This document shows, in pieces, positions 35,649 to 49,129 of a stretch of DNA of 64,000 nucleotides (position 1 is the first letter of the stretch; every line of letters begins with the position of its first letter). The stretch lies in contig JAAOMT010000328.1 of assembly GCA_016748015.1 (NCBI GenBank), positions 186,001 through 250,000 of the forward strand, read 5' to 3'. Below the pieces are notes generated by a model. That model was not told the origin of the DNA, ran no database searches, and was given only the letters and a program-made list of their open reading frames with translations. This stretch comes from Geosiphon pyriformis uo1 (Eukaryota; Fungi; Glomeromycota). A program made the translations under genes and the position numbers.

Positions 35649-37231
35649 GCGCTCTACCCAGCACTAATTGTGAAAATCTGGGCACACAAGACTTAATTCA
35701 GACTTGCATGCATCCAGAACAGATTGACTATTTGAGAACAACTGAACAGAACTAAATGCAGGAACACATTTCAAGGCCAATGCAATAGTCTGTAATTCTG
35801 CTAGAGTAGATGACATCAAATCTGAAACACCAACATCAAGGCCCAAATTAATGTTCTTGAAAAAAGTGGCAGCACCAGTCCTATAGCCTGTTGTGCCCAA
35901 ATTCTTCAGAGATCCATCTGTGTATACAAATATGTTACTCGACCCAACACGAAAAAGACAGTCACGAATAGAAACAAAATTATCAGAATTAAGGATGTTC
36001 AAAGAAACAGTACCATCCGAAGCTAGAAGACCAGCAGAAAGAGAATTCACATTATTAAGAAAAGCCATAGCAAGCTTGAACCATTCAGGAATGGGACTAC
36101 TGGGGTTGAGTCTTTTCCACTGCTTGATATTTTTTTTTATAAAACTTAGTAATATTGTAATTAAGTTTTTATAAATAAGTTAAATAAATATTAATACTAA
36201 TAATTTTTGTTTTTATATTTGAATAATAAATTAAATTTTCAAGAAAATTGTATTTAACTTTTATAATATTGTAGTTTTTAAGAATATAATTATTGATTTG
36301 ATTTTTAATATATTGTAAATGTTTTTTTACAACTGTAATTTTGTTTTAAATATTAAATTTTTGTTTATAATAAGTATAAATTAATTGATAATACTTTAAA
36401 ATTATTGTATTAAATATGATTATTACTTTAAATAATTTTATTATTGTTTTAATTTTTATAAAAACTCTAAATATTATTAAAAATTTTTTTTTGATATTAT
36501 TAATTTTAAGTTATTAAATTTTTAATAAATTAATTTATTTTTAAAGTATTTTTTTATATTTTAACCAGTTTTGTTATTAAATTTATAATAAATAACTAAT
36601 TTTATGTTAATTATTTATGTAATTATTTTACAAATAAAAATTAATTCTTTTACAAATAATTTTAATTATAAACTTTTTAATAATATGTAATTATATTGTT
36701 ATAAAAATCAACTTTTTATAAAAATCTTAATTATAAATTATTTAATAATATAAAAAAATATATTTTTAATTTAAATTTGAAATTAATTAAAAAATTATTG
36801 AAATTAATAACTAGTTAATTTTAAAATATTTGTTAAAATTTGTAAATTTTAAACAATAATATTATAAAAAAATTTAATTAATTTATTATTATTTTTTTTA
36901 AATATTTTATAAGTTCAACTTAATTATTATTTAGTATATATAAACAAATTAAGAATTTATAGTTAAATATAACTTATGTTTTTATTACATATAACTAATT
37001 ATTCAAATTGACTAAAATTATATTATATATTTATAATAATATTAATATATTATCTAAATTAAAAAAACATATATACTTAAAAACTTTTTTTTCTCTCCTA
37101 CCTCTAAAAAACCCCAACGAACACTTTTCTAAGAGAAGAAGTTTTTTGGTTTTTCTTGTTAATAATATATCAATATTTCTTTAACTAACAATCTTTTTGT
37201 CGTGAATTTGGAGGCTGTCTCTAGTGACGGC

Positions 37232-39071
37232 ATGTCTAGTAAAAAGGCTGCTAAGGGCGTGTTTTACAGTCCTGCTGGTGGTTCCTTTTCACAAAGAAAG
37301 AAAGCTTCTCTTGAAAATGTTAAACATTCTGGTGATGAGAAGAATATCTCTTTGAAATTTGGTTCTGGTGCTAGTGTATATTCTGATGTGGAAAGTCTAT
37401 CTGGTAATGATGAAAATGTTAGTATGTCTGGTGGTTTTGATGGTTCTCTTTTGAACTTGGCTGTTAACACTCCCAAGGCTAAACAAGTGAATACTAGTGC
37501 GAATTTTGGTTCTTCTATTGGTTTTTCTGACTTTGAAATAGATGAAAAGGTGAAGCTCCTTCCACCCCCCCTTAAGAAAAAGGTTCCTTTGGATAAGATT
37601 TGAATTGATCTCAAGATCATCAAAATTCCTATAGAGGTGTCAGTTAAAAAATCATTTGCTTTGGACATCAATCTTTTGGCTGTGGAAGAGAAATTGGCTA
37701 CGCAAAAAACTCAGTTCATCAGAAAAATTTTTTCAAAAATCAATGGTTTTGGGGGGGACCACTATCCCCTCAAAATTTGAAGAAATCATCAAATCAACGT
37801 TTACATCAGAAGAAAACATGAAGAAGGCTGTTTTATTGGCTGGTGAAAATGGGATCAGCATAAACAATGATCTTAGAAAACAAGGATTTCGTTCAGATCA
37901 GGCCATAGTAATTAAAGAAATTCCCATGGACATGCTTAGGGATATGATTGTTGCCATAGTCTCTGAGTTTGAGCAAATTAAGTCGATCAAAATTCAACTA
38001 ATTGGAATGTGGCAAAAGACTGTGGTGGAATTTGCCGAATCAAATCAAGCCAATCTGTTGGCCTCAAAATAGTCATTCCTGATTGGAAAAGATTCAGTAC
38101 ATGTTGCCAAAGCAGCAGAAGATTGCAATATCTAGACATCAAGAGATCAGTTCAGGGCATTGTTGTTTACTTTGCCAGTGGGAATGATTGCTCATGATCT
38201 CGGTACTCTTTTCGAAAAGGCTGGCAGAAAAACTTGCATCATCAATCATTTATTGGAAACTGGCAATAGATTTTGTTGTGCTGTAGTTGGCTTTGAATCT
38301 AATGAAGAGTTAGAATCTGCTTTTTTTACTGAGCCTATTTTTGGTGGGGTGCATCTCTCATGGGCTAGGTTGAATTTGGTTTGATGTAGGAAGTGTGGGC
38401 ATTTTGGCCATTCTATTCTGGAATGTAATGCATCAGTTGAGTTATCTTCTGGCCTTCCAAATTTGTTTAAGAAGTCTGCTTCTGGTTTTGATTGTCTTCA
38501 GTTAACCAGGTTGTATGTGAAAAAAAATGTTTCTATCTCTTGTTTTGCTGCCTTTAATGGAAAATTGTGGGCTCAAGTGGTGTCTCTTGCCTCCTCTTCT
38601 GGTGGCTTTCCTTCTGGTTCTGGTTTGCTCTCTGGTGGTAAGCCTCTCTTTTTTGGTTCTTCTGGTCCTCAAGTCGATAGTTTGGGTGATTGTTTGGCAG
38701 TTTTGGAGTATTTTTTGGAAATTTTTTCAGATCAGGTTTCTGTTATTCTTAAGAAATTGAGTTTTGTTGATCTAGTGTCTTTGGCATTCACTTTTTATGC
38801 TCCTTCTATGGCTGGTACAGTGTCTTCAGCTCTGGTTGTGGATTTAGATATGGCTCTGGATGATATGTTGGCTCTATCTATTTCCCCTCTTTCTGGTAGT
38901 GATAAGCCTGCTGCTGGTCTTAGTTTGAGTGGTTCTAAGGTGCTTACCTCCAAGGTGGGCAGTTTGGAATCCAAATTGTCTGCTCTAGAAGCTTTGTTTG
39001 GTTTGATCCTGGTGAGATTAGATCTTTTGTGTTCTGGTTCGGGCTCGTCCTTACCTCCTTTATCTCAATGA
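37232..39071 (+). pseudogene. LINE ORF1 of copy E
   Basis: AIVIKEIPMD RRM-like segment; CRKCGHFGHSILEC knuckle; ends in the ATGA overlap. Confidence 0.85.
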
Positions 39072-42000
39072 GTAATCTAGTCTGGAAATTAGTTACGTGC
39101 AACGTTCAGAGTATTAATGTCCCTGCAAAACAGGCAGACATAGTCTGTTGGCATGTGAGTTCTGGAAATATGGTTTTCTTTGTTGCTGAGACAAAATTAA
39201 GGTCTTCTTCTGGATCATGGATCAGGGACAAATTTGATGGGGTTCAGATTTTTACTTCTGGGTTGGATATTGGTTATCTTGGTACTGGCATTGCTGTGAT
39301 TATGAACAACTCTTTGGCTTACCATGTTTCTAAGGTTAAGGAGGTTCCTGGTCATTTGATTTCGATTCGGCTTTTGTTTAAAGGTAAGCTTTTGGTTACA
39401 ATTCTGGGTTTGTATGCTGGTGCTTTTCCTGGAACTAAGTTTGCTCAAGCTCTTGTAGTGAATTCTCTTATTGCTAAGGCTGTTAACTCCAGCACTTTTG
39501 TCATTCTGGGTGGTGATTTCAACAAGAATAGTTCTGGAAGGAGTGTGAGTTTTAAGTTCTGTTTGGGTTTGGGTTTAGTCAATTCTTTTGCTGAACACTC
39601 TTTGGTCAAAACGGCTACATGGAGCAATTCTAGGGAGTGGAGAAAACAATTGATTTTATTCTTGTTAGTGGGATTCTATCTTCTGTTGTTGTGAAGCATT
39701 GTGTCAATTCTGTTTCTGATTTCTTTAATATGGATTACAAATCTGTCATGATATTGGTTGGTCTGGGTGGGCTCTTAGATGTTCGGCTGAATAGTTTGTG
39801 TAAGCAGACCAACAAAAACCATTGGAAGTTTAGGATCAAGGATGCTGATGATGCTGGGTGGTCTCGTTTTAAAGAATGTTCCTCTGCTAAGATGTTGGAG
39901 GTAAAGGGGAGGTTTCTTGGCACTGCTGCTGGTCTTAATTTGGATGCTATGTGGACTTTGCTAGAAAAAATGGTAGTGGATTCTGCAGATGAAATATTTT
40001 CCAGACATTGGTTCTGTGATTTTCAATGCTCAAAAAATAAACATTCTTCTAAGTTCCTGGGTTTGAAGTTGCTGGTTGCCAAAATAATCAAATGTCTGAC
40101 CTCTGCTAATACTTCTGGTTTCAATCAATTTGTGAAAAAATGGTCAACTCTGAATGCCAGTAAAGCTCTCGTTCTAAAGGACATGGTTCATGGTGGCCAA
40201 AAAGTGGAGAAACTTCTTAGTTATTTGTTGCTAATCAGAAAAGGGTACAAAAAATCCAAGATGTTTGAGTCAAAGTTGCTGCAAGAGACTACTATCAAAA
40301 AGGCTATTGAGAGGTATATGGAACAATTTTGCTCAGACAAGAAGAGTATAATTAGGAATGTTTTGGATTGGTTATTTCGAAAAGTGGTGTTAGATCACTT
40401 GGTGGTTAATAATGAGTTGATATTGGAGCCAGAAGAGATCAGGTCAGGTGTTGACAAGATTATGAAGGGTTGGACATGGAAGCATGTGATGCCTATGGTG
40501 CTGCCTGATCTCTGGGCTTGTCAGTATGCATCTTTGAACTATGTTAGAGATGATGCTTTTTCTAATGTAATGAATGCAATTAGCATGGGTGAATTGCTTT
40601 CGGTTACTAATGGCCTGCCTGATAACAAAGCTGTTGGCTTGTCTGGCATTCTCAATGAACTCTGGAAACATGGTTGTGGTGAGGTGTTGAAATGCCTTTT
40701 GGTATTGCTAAATGTGTACTTATCTGTTGGCATGGTGCCTGCTTTGTAGAAGAGGACGTGGGTTTCAATGATCTCTAAGCCTTATGATTGGGATAGAGTT
40801 CTTACTAATACTTAACTTATTGCTTTAATTGAGACTGCCAGAAAAATTTTGTCTGATTGCATTTTTTTGGCTTGTAGTAAGTTTGGTGTTCTCTAAAGTG
40901 ATAATTTTTTGGTGCTCCATGGTACTTCTACACAATCTCTAGTGTTTGTGGTTGGTTCAGTTGTAGAGGATGCTCTTGAAAAGAATAGGGAAATTTGGTT
41001 GGTTTTGCAGGATATGTGGAAGGCGTATGATTCTGTTGGTTGGCCTCACTTGAAAGCTAGTCTGTGGCACATCAAAATGTGTGAAAGGTTTTTTGGGTTT
41101 TTTGGAAACATTCATGAGGATAGAATTAATAGGGTGATGACTGATTTCGGCCTGTCAGATAGCTATAGTGTACATAATAGATTGGACCAGGGTGAAGTTT
41201 TTTCATTTCTCTTATGGAGGATTTTCTATGATTCACTCTTATGTGAAGTGAAATAACATGAGCATTTGTGCAGATACCATGTTGATTCTAAGTTTGTAGC
41301 GAAGATGGGCAGAGTTGAGAGTATGGGTGGAATGATGTCTTATTTGGCAGCTGATGCATTCATCGATGATACAATTTGAATTGGAAATTGTCAGGCCTCT
41401 ACTCAATATGCTCTGAACATTGCCAGTGAGTTCTTTGAAATCAATGATATTTCTATTAATAATGATAAGACAGTGGCTATTCTCATTAATTAAGGTGTTA
41501 AGGTTGCCTCTCTGAGTATTTATGGTCAGCCAATCTCAATTGCTAAAAAGGGCAAAACTCATTGTTATCTAAGTATCTTTTTGTCTATAAAGGGTTTATC
41601 TAAACTTAGTGTGTCCAAAGCTCATTTTGATGTTCGTTTTTTTGTCAACGTTGTGTTTAGAAAGGCTATTACAGATAAGCAGTTCTCATATTTAGTATCA
41701 GCTGTCTTGCAGCCTATTGTTAACTACCAGACTCAGTTTAGTTTTGTTTCATCTGGTGTTTGTCACAAATGGAATGTCATGGTTAGGAAGGGTCTTAAGT
41801 CCAAAGCTGGTTTGCCTCATGATTTTCTGGATGCTGCCTTACATCACCCTTTTTTGTATGGCTTGAAGACTTTTGAACAAGTGCAATCTGAAGAGAAGAT
41901 TGCTGCTTTGGTGTTCTTTTCTAATGCCTCTGGAGTCCTTGGGCATTTGTTCAATCATAGGTTTTTAGACTTGCAGGTTCTTGGCTGGGCTCTTCTGGAT

Positions 42001-43747
42001 CCTTTGCAGTTTCCTGTCAAGTTGCATGTTAGTTCAGTCAACAACTTTTTGGCTGAGATTGTGAAAATTTTTTTGAGTAATAAGCTTTCCTTGGCTAACA
42101 ATCTTCCCAATGCCTTTTGCAGTCCAGGTCATTTTCCACTTTTGTTAATTCTAGGTAGTTCTGAGTATTTTAATTCTGTTCACTCTCTGAAGCATTTTGG
42201 GGTTGCTTTTGGTGATCGGATTTTGGATAAGAGAGGCTGTGTGCTAGATTGGAAGACCTTTCATTGTTGGAAAAAATTGGACCCACGGGGCCCCATGCCT
42301 TACTGGTTCTTAGTCATGTCCGAGTTTATGTTAGTTTAGGGCTTTTCTGCTTCCAGTTCTGCTGGTTTTGCTCAGTCTGTTGATATGAATGTTTTAGATT
42401 CTAAAGTGTTTTTTCTGGTGAAAGATGGGTTGCATGATATCTGGTCTAGTTGCTTTGAGATGTATACTAATGGATCTTTGAGAAATGCTGGCTTGGTTGA
42501 TGTTGTTTGTAGTGCTGCTATGTATTTTCTGGTTTTGGATAGAAGTGTTGGTATTGTGGTTGGTAGTCTACTGTCCTCTACTCTGGCTGAGTTGCAGACT
42601 GTTGTGTTGGCTCTTGAGTGTATACCTTCCTCTTGTCGAGTGATTTTGCATACTGATAGCCAAGCTGCTATTGATGCCTGCTTGTCAGAATTGTTTTGTG
42701 CCATGCCTGATTTTCGTAATTGGTACTGGTTGGAGAGACACCATATTTTCAATTTGGTTAGGGAAAAGGATTTCAAGATGGTCTGGGTTAAGATTAAGGG
42801 CCATTCTGGCGTTTTGGGTAATGTCAAGTCTGATTTGGTGGCTGGGGATGTTGCTTGATCTCCCTTCTCTTTGTTGGCTGAGGTTCATGAACATTATTTG
42901 GTGGCTGAAAACATGGCGATCTCTGGTAATGCCTGCCATTTTGTAAGGAACATTTTTCAATCTATTAATCATGCTTACTGGAAAGCTGGACCTGGTGTAG
43001 ATGTGATACCTGTTGACCTTGTTGGGTGTGTAGACTGAATTTCTATTACAAAGGTTTGGCATCCGAACTCTCATATGCTTGCTGAGTTCACTGGTTGGAA
43101 AACTTTGAATTTGCACTCATATTTGATAAAAGCTGTACACAGATGTCTTTCAGTAGCTGTTCGGAAAAGACTGTATAATAGGAATTATTCTGGCGTATTG
43201 TGCCTGCTGTGTAGTGGAGTGGAATTTTCTGACCATGCTTTCACGTGCTCTCAAGATGTTGTTATTCATAATGAGATTCTGGTTGAGGCTTCTGCTCATT
43301 GGGTATTAGTGGCGGGTCTTTGTGACTTGTCATCTTTAGCTGTTTTGCAGACATTGTCTGCCTGTTTTCTGGATGTAGATTTGTATTTTATTGTGTGTAA
43401 GGGCTTCGTGTTGGATGAATGGTGCGAGAAAGCTCAGGGTGTATTTGAGAATAAGAAACAGGCCATTGGTAAGATTGTCAGTTTTGTTAGGTTTGTAGCT
43501 AATTTACATCATGTGAAGGCATGATTGGTAAGATCTAAGCATAGAGTGTGGATGGAGAAGACTGGTTTGGTTGCTGATGATGGAGTTGTTTCTGGTTTGT
43601 CTCGTGATGCTTCTTCTATATTGTCGGATGAAGTGGTTAGAATACTTGGTGTGGTTGAATCATTCACTGTTAGCTTTGGTCATCATTTGCCGTGCTAGTT
43701 TTTTTTCTGGTTTAGATAATATTGTTAGTATCAATATAGGTGTATAG
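39068..43747 (+). pseudogene. LINE ORF2 of copy E (APE, RT, RNase H)
   Basis: WKLVTCNV, ETKL, GGDFN, LQDMWKAYDSV, LDQGEVFS, AFIDDT, HTDSQAA, KIKGHSG. Confidence 0.93.
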
Positions 43748-45350
43748 TGTTGCTTTGACTGGCCTGAGTGACTAGCCATATGTAGTAAGTACGTAAATTG
43801 TGTTTAGTTTGGGTCACTTAGTTTGGCTCTATGTACTAAATAGCAGTTGGACTTTACTCAAAAAAAGCGGAAAAAAAAAACCATATACTAACTATACAAA
43901 CCAAAATTAATAGTTAAAATCTTATTAATATCTAATAATCAAACAATTTTATCTAATAAACATATAGTTAATTCATATAAACTATATAAAACAGAACATA
44001 TTATTAATTAAACTATTTTTTATTATTATTACTTAATATTTAAACTTATATAATCAAATTTTTTTTTATGATCTTTTATTAAATATTAAATAAACATAAC
44101 TATAAACAATTAAGCCAATTTGGCTTTTCTAAAAACCAATAAAGTTTTAGTATATTAATTATTAAAAACCATATTTTTATACAAAACTATATAAATTAAG
44201 TTATTTAAAGCACTTGAATTTAATGTTAAGATTACTAAAAAAGACAAAAGCAAAATATTTGACTAAAAAACCCAAAATTTTAAAAGATTTTTCAATAATT
44301 TTAAACAGACATTAGTATTTAATTTATATATAAAAATGTGATTTGATAACTTAATTTTCTTATAATAAAAACAAACTATTTCAAAATATTACTTATTATA
44401 TAAACATTTTTAAACTGTAATAAAAAATTATTTATAAATAGATTTTATAAAATATATACACAAATTAGTCATAAATTTACTAATAAAATTTAAGCTTATA
44501 TGCAAATTTAATTATTATATTACAAATATATAATATTAATTAATATTATTAATCATATTATAAAGAATCATATTAATATTTAATTTAAGTAAACCAAGTT
44601 CTAAAACACAAACATTAAGTATAGTTTGATTGTTTAAATAAATATAAATTATACAAAAAAAATATATATTTAAAAATCAATAAAATAGTTTATAACTCAA
44701 TATATGTTGATAATACTAATTTAAAAACATATATATTAATATTCAAATTAAAATTATCAAAAAAATAGCCATATTACTAGCAATACTATAAGGCTTTAAT
44801 CTTTTTAACAATTATATATAAAAATATTAATGACCAAAAATTACACTTTTATTAAATATTTTTTAACTACTAATAAACTACAAAAGTTAATTAATAAAAC
44901 ACCAATTTATTATAACTAATTAATTATTCTAAATTAAAATATATTTTCTTAAAAAAAAAGTTTTTTTTTTATATAATTTTAAACTTTTTTTTGTTAATGT
45001 TTTAATAAATTAAAAAAATATTTTAGCAAACTATAAATTATTTTGATAAACTATTAAATATTTTGATAAATTTTTAAATACTATATAACTTAAGATATTA
45101 TATAATTTGATTATTATATTTAATTATATATTATACAAATTAAATTATTAATTAAATAATAATATTTGACTAAATAATTAATAATAAATTAAAACAATAA
45201 TACATATTAATTGATAATAAAAATTATAATAATAATAAAGAAATAAATTAAGCAAAAAAACAAAAAATTAAGTTTAATAAAATTTAAATTATTTTTATTG
45301 TATAGTATAAAGTGTTTTTTAATTATTATAAATTAATAAGATTTAAAAAA

Positions 45351-47292
45351 CTTCTTTCTTTTTTACCTCCAAAAATCCTCAAAAAAGCGTATTTTGAAAG
45401 AAGTTTTTTCTGTTATTTCATACTGTCTTCCATCACTTTACAAGAAACAAATTCTTTTGTTGTTGATCTGGCTGCTCTCATGAGTGGTATTGGTGCTAAA
45501 AGAAGGTCGACCAGAGTTCCAACTTCTGGTTTAGTTAGTAGTAGTTCAAGTCATAAAGTTGAAAAACCTCCTGGTGATACTAAGCTGTCAAGTAATGGTG
45601 TGGCTCTCAAAAGTAGTAGATCTGGTCAAGTGGTTAGGCAGTTTAATAGCATGGATACTGATGGGGAGGCTTCTGAAGATGAAGAAATATCTGATTCCAA
45701 GATGAATACACCTCAAGCCAAGTGTTTCAATAATGGTGCGATTGTTGGCTCCCCTCTCGGCTCTATTAATTTCGACATGGAGGAAGAAGAGGAGGTTTCT
45801 CTTCCCCTCTGTAAGTCTTTTTCTTTGGATAAGGTGTGGATTGATCCCAAAATCATTAAAACTCAAGTGGAAGTGGCTGTAAAAAAATCTTTTGCTTTGG
45901 ACATCAATCTTTTAGCTGTGAAAGGAAAATTGGCAACGGCCAAAACTCATGCCATAAGAAAATTATTTTCAAGAATCAATGGTTTTGGGAGGGCCACTAC
46001 TCTCTCAAAATTTGAAGGGATCATCAGATTTACCTTCATCTCTGAAGCAAACATGGAAAAGGCCGTCTCATTGGCCAGAGAAAATAACATCATAGTAAAC
46101 AGCAATCTTAAGAGACAAGGAATTTGCTCAGATCGGGCCGTAGTAATTAAGGAAATTCCCATGGATACACCAAAGGAAATGATTATTGCCACAGTATCCA
46201 AGTTTGGTTAAGTGGTGTCAATCCGATTGCAACTCATTGGGCTGTGGCAGAAGGCTGTGGTGGAGTTTACTGAATCAAGTCAAACAGATCAGTTGGCAGC
46301 TAAGTAGTCATTCTTAATAGGAAAAGATTCAGTGTGTGTGGCCAAAGCTGTGGGAGATTGTGAGACATGGGCATCTAGGGATTGGTATAAGGTGCTTTTG
46401 TTTACTTTGCTGGTGGAAACAATGGCTCATGATCTTGGTGATTTTTTGGCAGGTGCTGGTGGAAAAACTTGTATCATAAATTGATTGTTGGATACTGGCA
46501 ATAGAGTTTGTTGTGCTGTGGTTTGTTTTGAAAATGACAAGGCATTAGAGTCTGCATTTTGTATAGAGCCTATTTTTGGTAGGGTGAAACTTTTTTGGGC
46601 TAAATTAGACCTGGTTTGGTGTAATAGGTGTGAGAAGCTTGGTTACTCAGTTTTGGAGTGTGATGCTGAGATTACTTCTATTCCCAAGCCTCTGAAACCA
46701 TTTATGAAGTGGGTCACTTTGAATGAGAATCACCTCCAACTTGCCAAGTTGTACACAAAAAAGAGTGTTCCCATTTCTTGCCCAGCTGCCTTTGGCGGTA
46801 AATCATGGGCTTAGGTTATTTTTTCTGTGTCTATGTCTTCTGGTTTTTCTACTGGCTCAGGTTTGAGTCTCTCTTCCTCTGGTGGTCCAGGCTCTAGTAG
46901 TTTGCTTCCTCCTACTTTTGCTCTTGACTCTGTTTTGGATGGATGATTGTCATCTTTGGAATGATCTTTGGGGCTCCTATTGGACCAAGTGTCATGTATA
47001 ATAAAACAATTGGATGGTGCCAAGTTGGTGCCTTTGGCATCTGTTTCAGACAAAATCCCTACTGTATCTGACTCTTAACCTCTAGCTTCAGTTTTGTCTG
47101 TGGTTGCGAATTTGAATTCCCCTTCTGATATGGTCTTGGATAGTCCTGATGGTCTTTTTGATACCCTCCTTCCCACTGCTACTAACAGTCCGATTCTTGG
47201 CTTAAGCAGCTCTAAGGTCCTAACTTCCAAGTTGGGCAGTCTTGAATCTAAATTTGTAGCTCTGGAAGTGTTGGTAAATTCCATTTTGGTGA
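45351..47292 (+). mobile_element. LINE copy F: 5' UTR and nearly complete ORF1, broken just before ORF2
   Basis: ORF1 from ATG 45480 homologous to copy E (KSFALDINL, AVVIKEIPMD, SSKVLTSKLGSLESK). Confidence 0.88.
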
Positions 47293-47712
47293 TGTTACGG
47301 TTTAAGAATTTAGCAAAAAGAATCATAAAAATAATACAAACTATTCAATCATAATATAGCACAGTAATAATTTTAGAAAGGTAATGATTAACATAGTAGC
47401 AAACACCATCTCGCAATAGTGGCAAGCACCAGTTCACAATAGCAGCCAACACCAACTGGTGATAGCAGCAAACACCAGGTTGAAATATCAAAAAGAAAGT
47501 ATTTTCTCGTAGAACTACAAACATGTATATATACAGTAGTTTTAATATTGGGAAATAAACAATCAAGTAATAAAAATCATAACTTATCAAGCAACAGATC
47601 CAATTTTATCCAACAAACTCCACTTTAAATTATACTTTCAAATTAAATATCCCAAGAAATCTTTAAAAATCAAAAAGATGAAAAAGAATATTTAAAACGG
47701 AACTATCATAAC
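47293..47712. mobile_element. Putative solo LTR or fragment of a second LTR family
   Basis: Abrupt start TGTTACGG, imperfect end TCATAAC; unrelated to the flanking LINE; no TSD found. Confidence 0.4.
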
Positions 47713-47740
47713 CCAAAGTATTAAGAAACTTACTTGTATT

Positions 47741-49129
47741 ATTTGGTACTGGAAATTGTGTGGCTGGGGCTGGGGTTTTTTTAGTGACATTGATCTGGGT
47801 TTGGGCATTGGTGTGTTAGGTTTGTTATTTTCTACTTTGGCGGAAATGCAAGCTATTGCTCTGGCACTGGAGTGTGTTCCTCCTTCTAGCTCTGTTCATT
47901 TGTTCTCTAATAGTCAAACTGCTTTGGATGCCTGTAAGTCTGAATTAGGTCTGGTGTGTCCAGATTTTTACAATCCTTGCTGGGTCAAACACCAGCTTAT
48001 CATGAATACTATTTGTAACAAGAATTTGAAAATGAATTGGCACAAGGTGAAAGATTACTCTGGTGTGGTTGAAAATAAATATGCAGATGCTATTGCCAGA
48101 GCTTCTTCTCACTCTGGCTGATTCCTTCCTTTGCAATTGAATGCGCGCTTCTTGTTAGCAGATGGTCGTGCCATTTCTGGCAATTCTAGACATTTTGTTC
48201 ATGATATTTTTTGTTCCGTTTGTTGTGCACACTGAAAAATTGGTTCTGGTTCTAAATTTTTGTCTGCCAGCTTGCTTGTGGACGTTGATTGGTTCTGCTC
48301 TTTACTGGTATGGCATCCTGATTTACATATGGCCGCTGGCCACACTAACAAGCCCACGGTGGATGCACGCACTTTTTTCATAAAGGCTTTACACCACCAG
48401 CTGCCTGTTGCAGTTAGAAAACGCCTGTATGACAGATGATACCCTAGTGTTTTGTGCTTGTATTGTGGCAAGATGGAAACATCAGATCATGTTTTCTCTT
48501 GTGAGATTGATGAGTCAGCGCGTCTTTAGATACTGAATACACATTTTAAATCTTGGATGAAGCTTTCTGGCCTATCTCTCTCTTCTTTCTGTATGCTGCA
48601 ATTGTTGTCTTCTTGTGCCTCTGATGTTTCTGTGTTTATGGCTCTCTTTAAGGAGTTTGTTTTTAGTGATTGGTTTCGGGAGGCTGTCAATGTTTTCAAG
48701 GCCCTGAAAGTTGCTAATTTGAATATTGTTAAGTTTGTGCACTCCCTCAGTCTTGCTTTCAGGAGTGATATTTGGTTGGTTCGGGTTAAATATCATGCAT
48801 TTATGAAAAGGAATAATCTCATCCCACTTGATGGTTCGTTTCCTATTTCAGTCCCTGGCTTGGCTTCTAGGATCTCAGCTGGTGTGGTTAGACTACTTGG
48901 TATGGCTGAGGCTTGTGGTGTTCATTTTGGCTTTCATAAACATTGTTCTTTCTTTTTTGGTGTTGGTGGTTCTGTTTCGGTTCATATAGCTGCGTAGTAT
49001 TGTCCTGATCAGCCTGAGTGGCTGGTCACGTGTAGTAAGAGCATGATTCACATTTAGTTTATGTTATTTTTTTGATGTATAGCTCTAGATAGTGTTTGGA
49101 CCTCACTCATAAAACGTTAATAAAAAAAA
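47741..49129 (+). mobile_element. LINE copy G: RNase H to 3' end
   Basis: AEMQAIALALE, FSNSQTA, HKVKDYSG, CLYCG..DHVFSC; stop at 48997; 3' UTR and A-rich tail. Confidence 0.9.

Larger units (their letters stand above)
24667..36125 (-). mobile_element. LINE copy D, 5'-truncated and split by Gypsy copy 2 (LINE parts 35649-36125 and 24667-25809)
   Basis: Joining across the insertion restores PDFHN*CWVER|QHIANIV..KIKGHSG; TSD GATATTTTTTTTT at 24654-24666 and 36126-36138. Confidence 0.92.
37084..43880 (+). mobile_element. LINE copy E, full length
   Basis: CTTTTTTTTCTCTCC 5' end, ORF1, ORF2, 3' UTR, poly(A) at about 43860-43880. Confidence 0.95.

Noticed and set aside
37061-37083. TSDs for the full-length LINEs E and B
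   Set aside because: Only partial similarity between flanks in very AT-rich DNA; cannot be distinguished from chance
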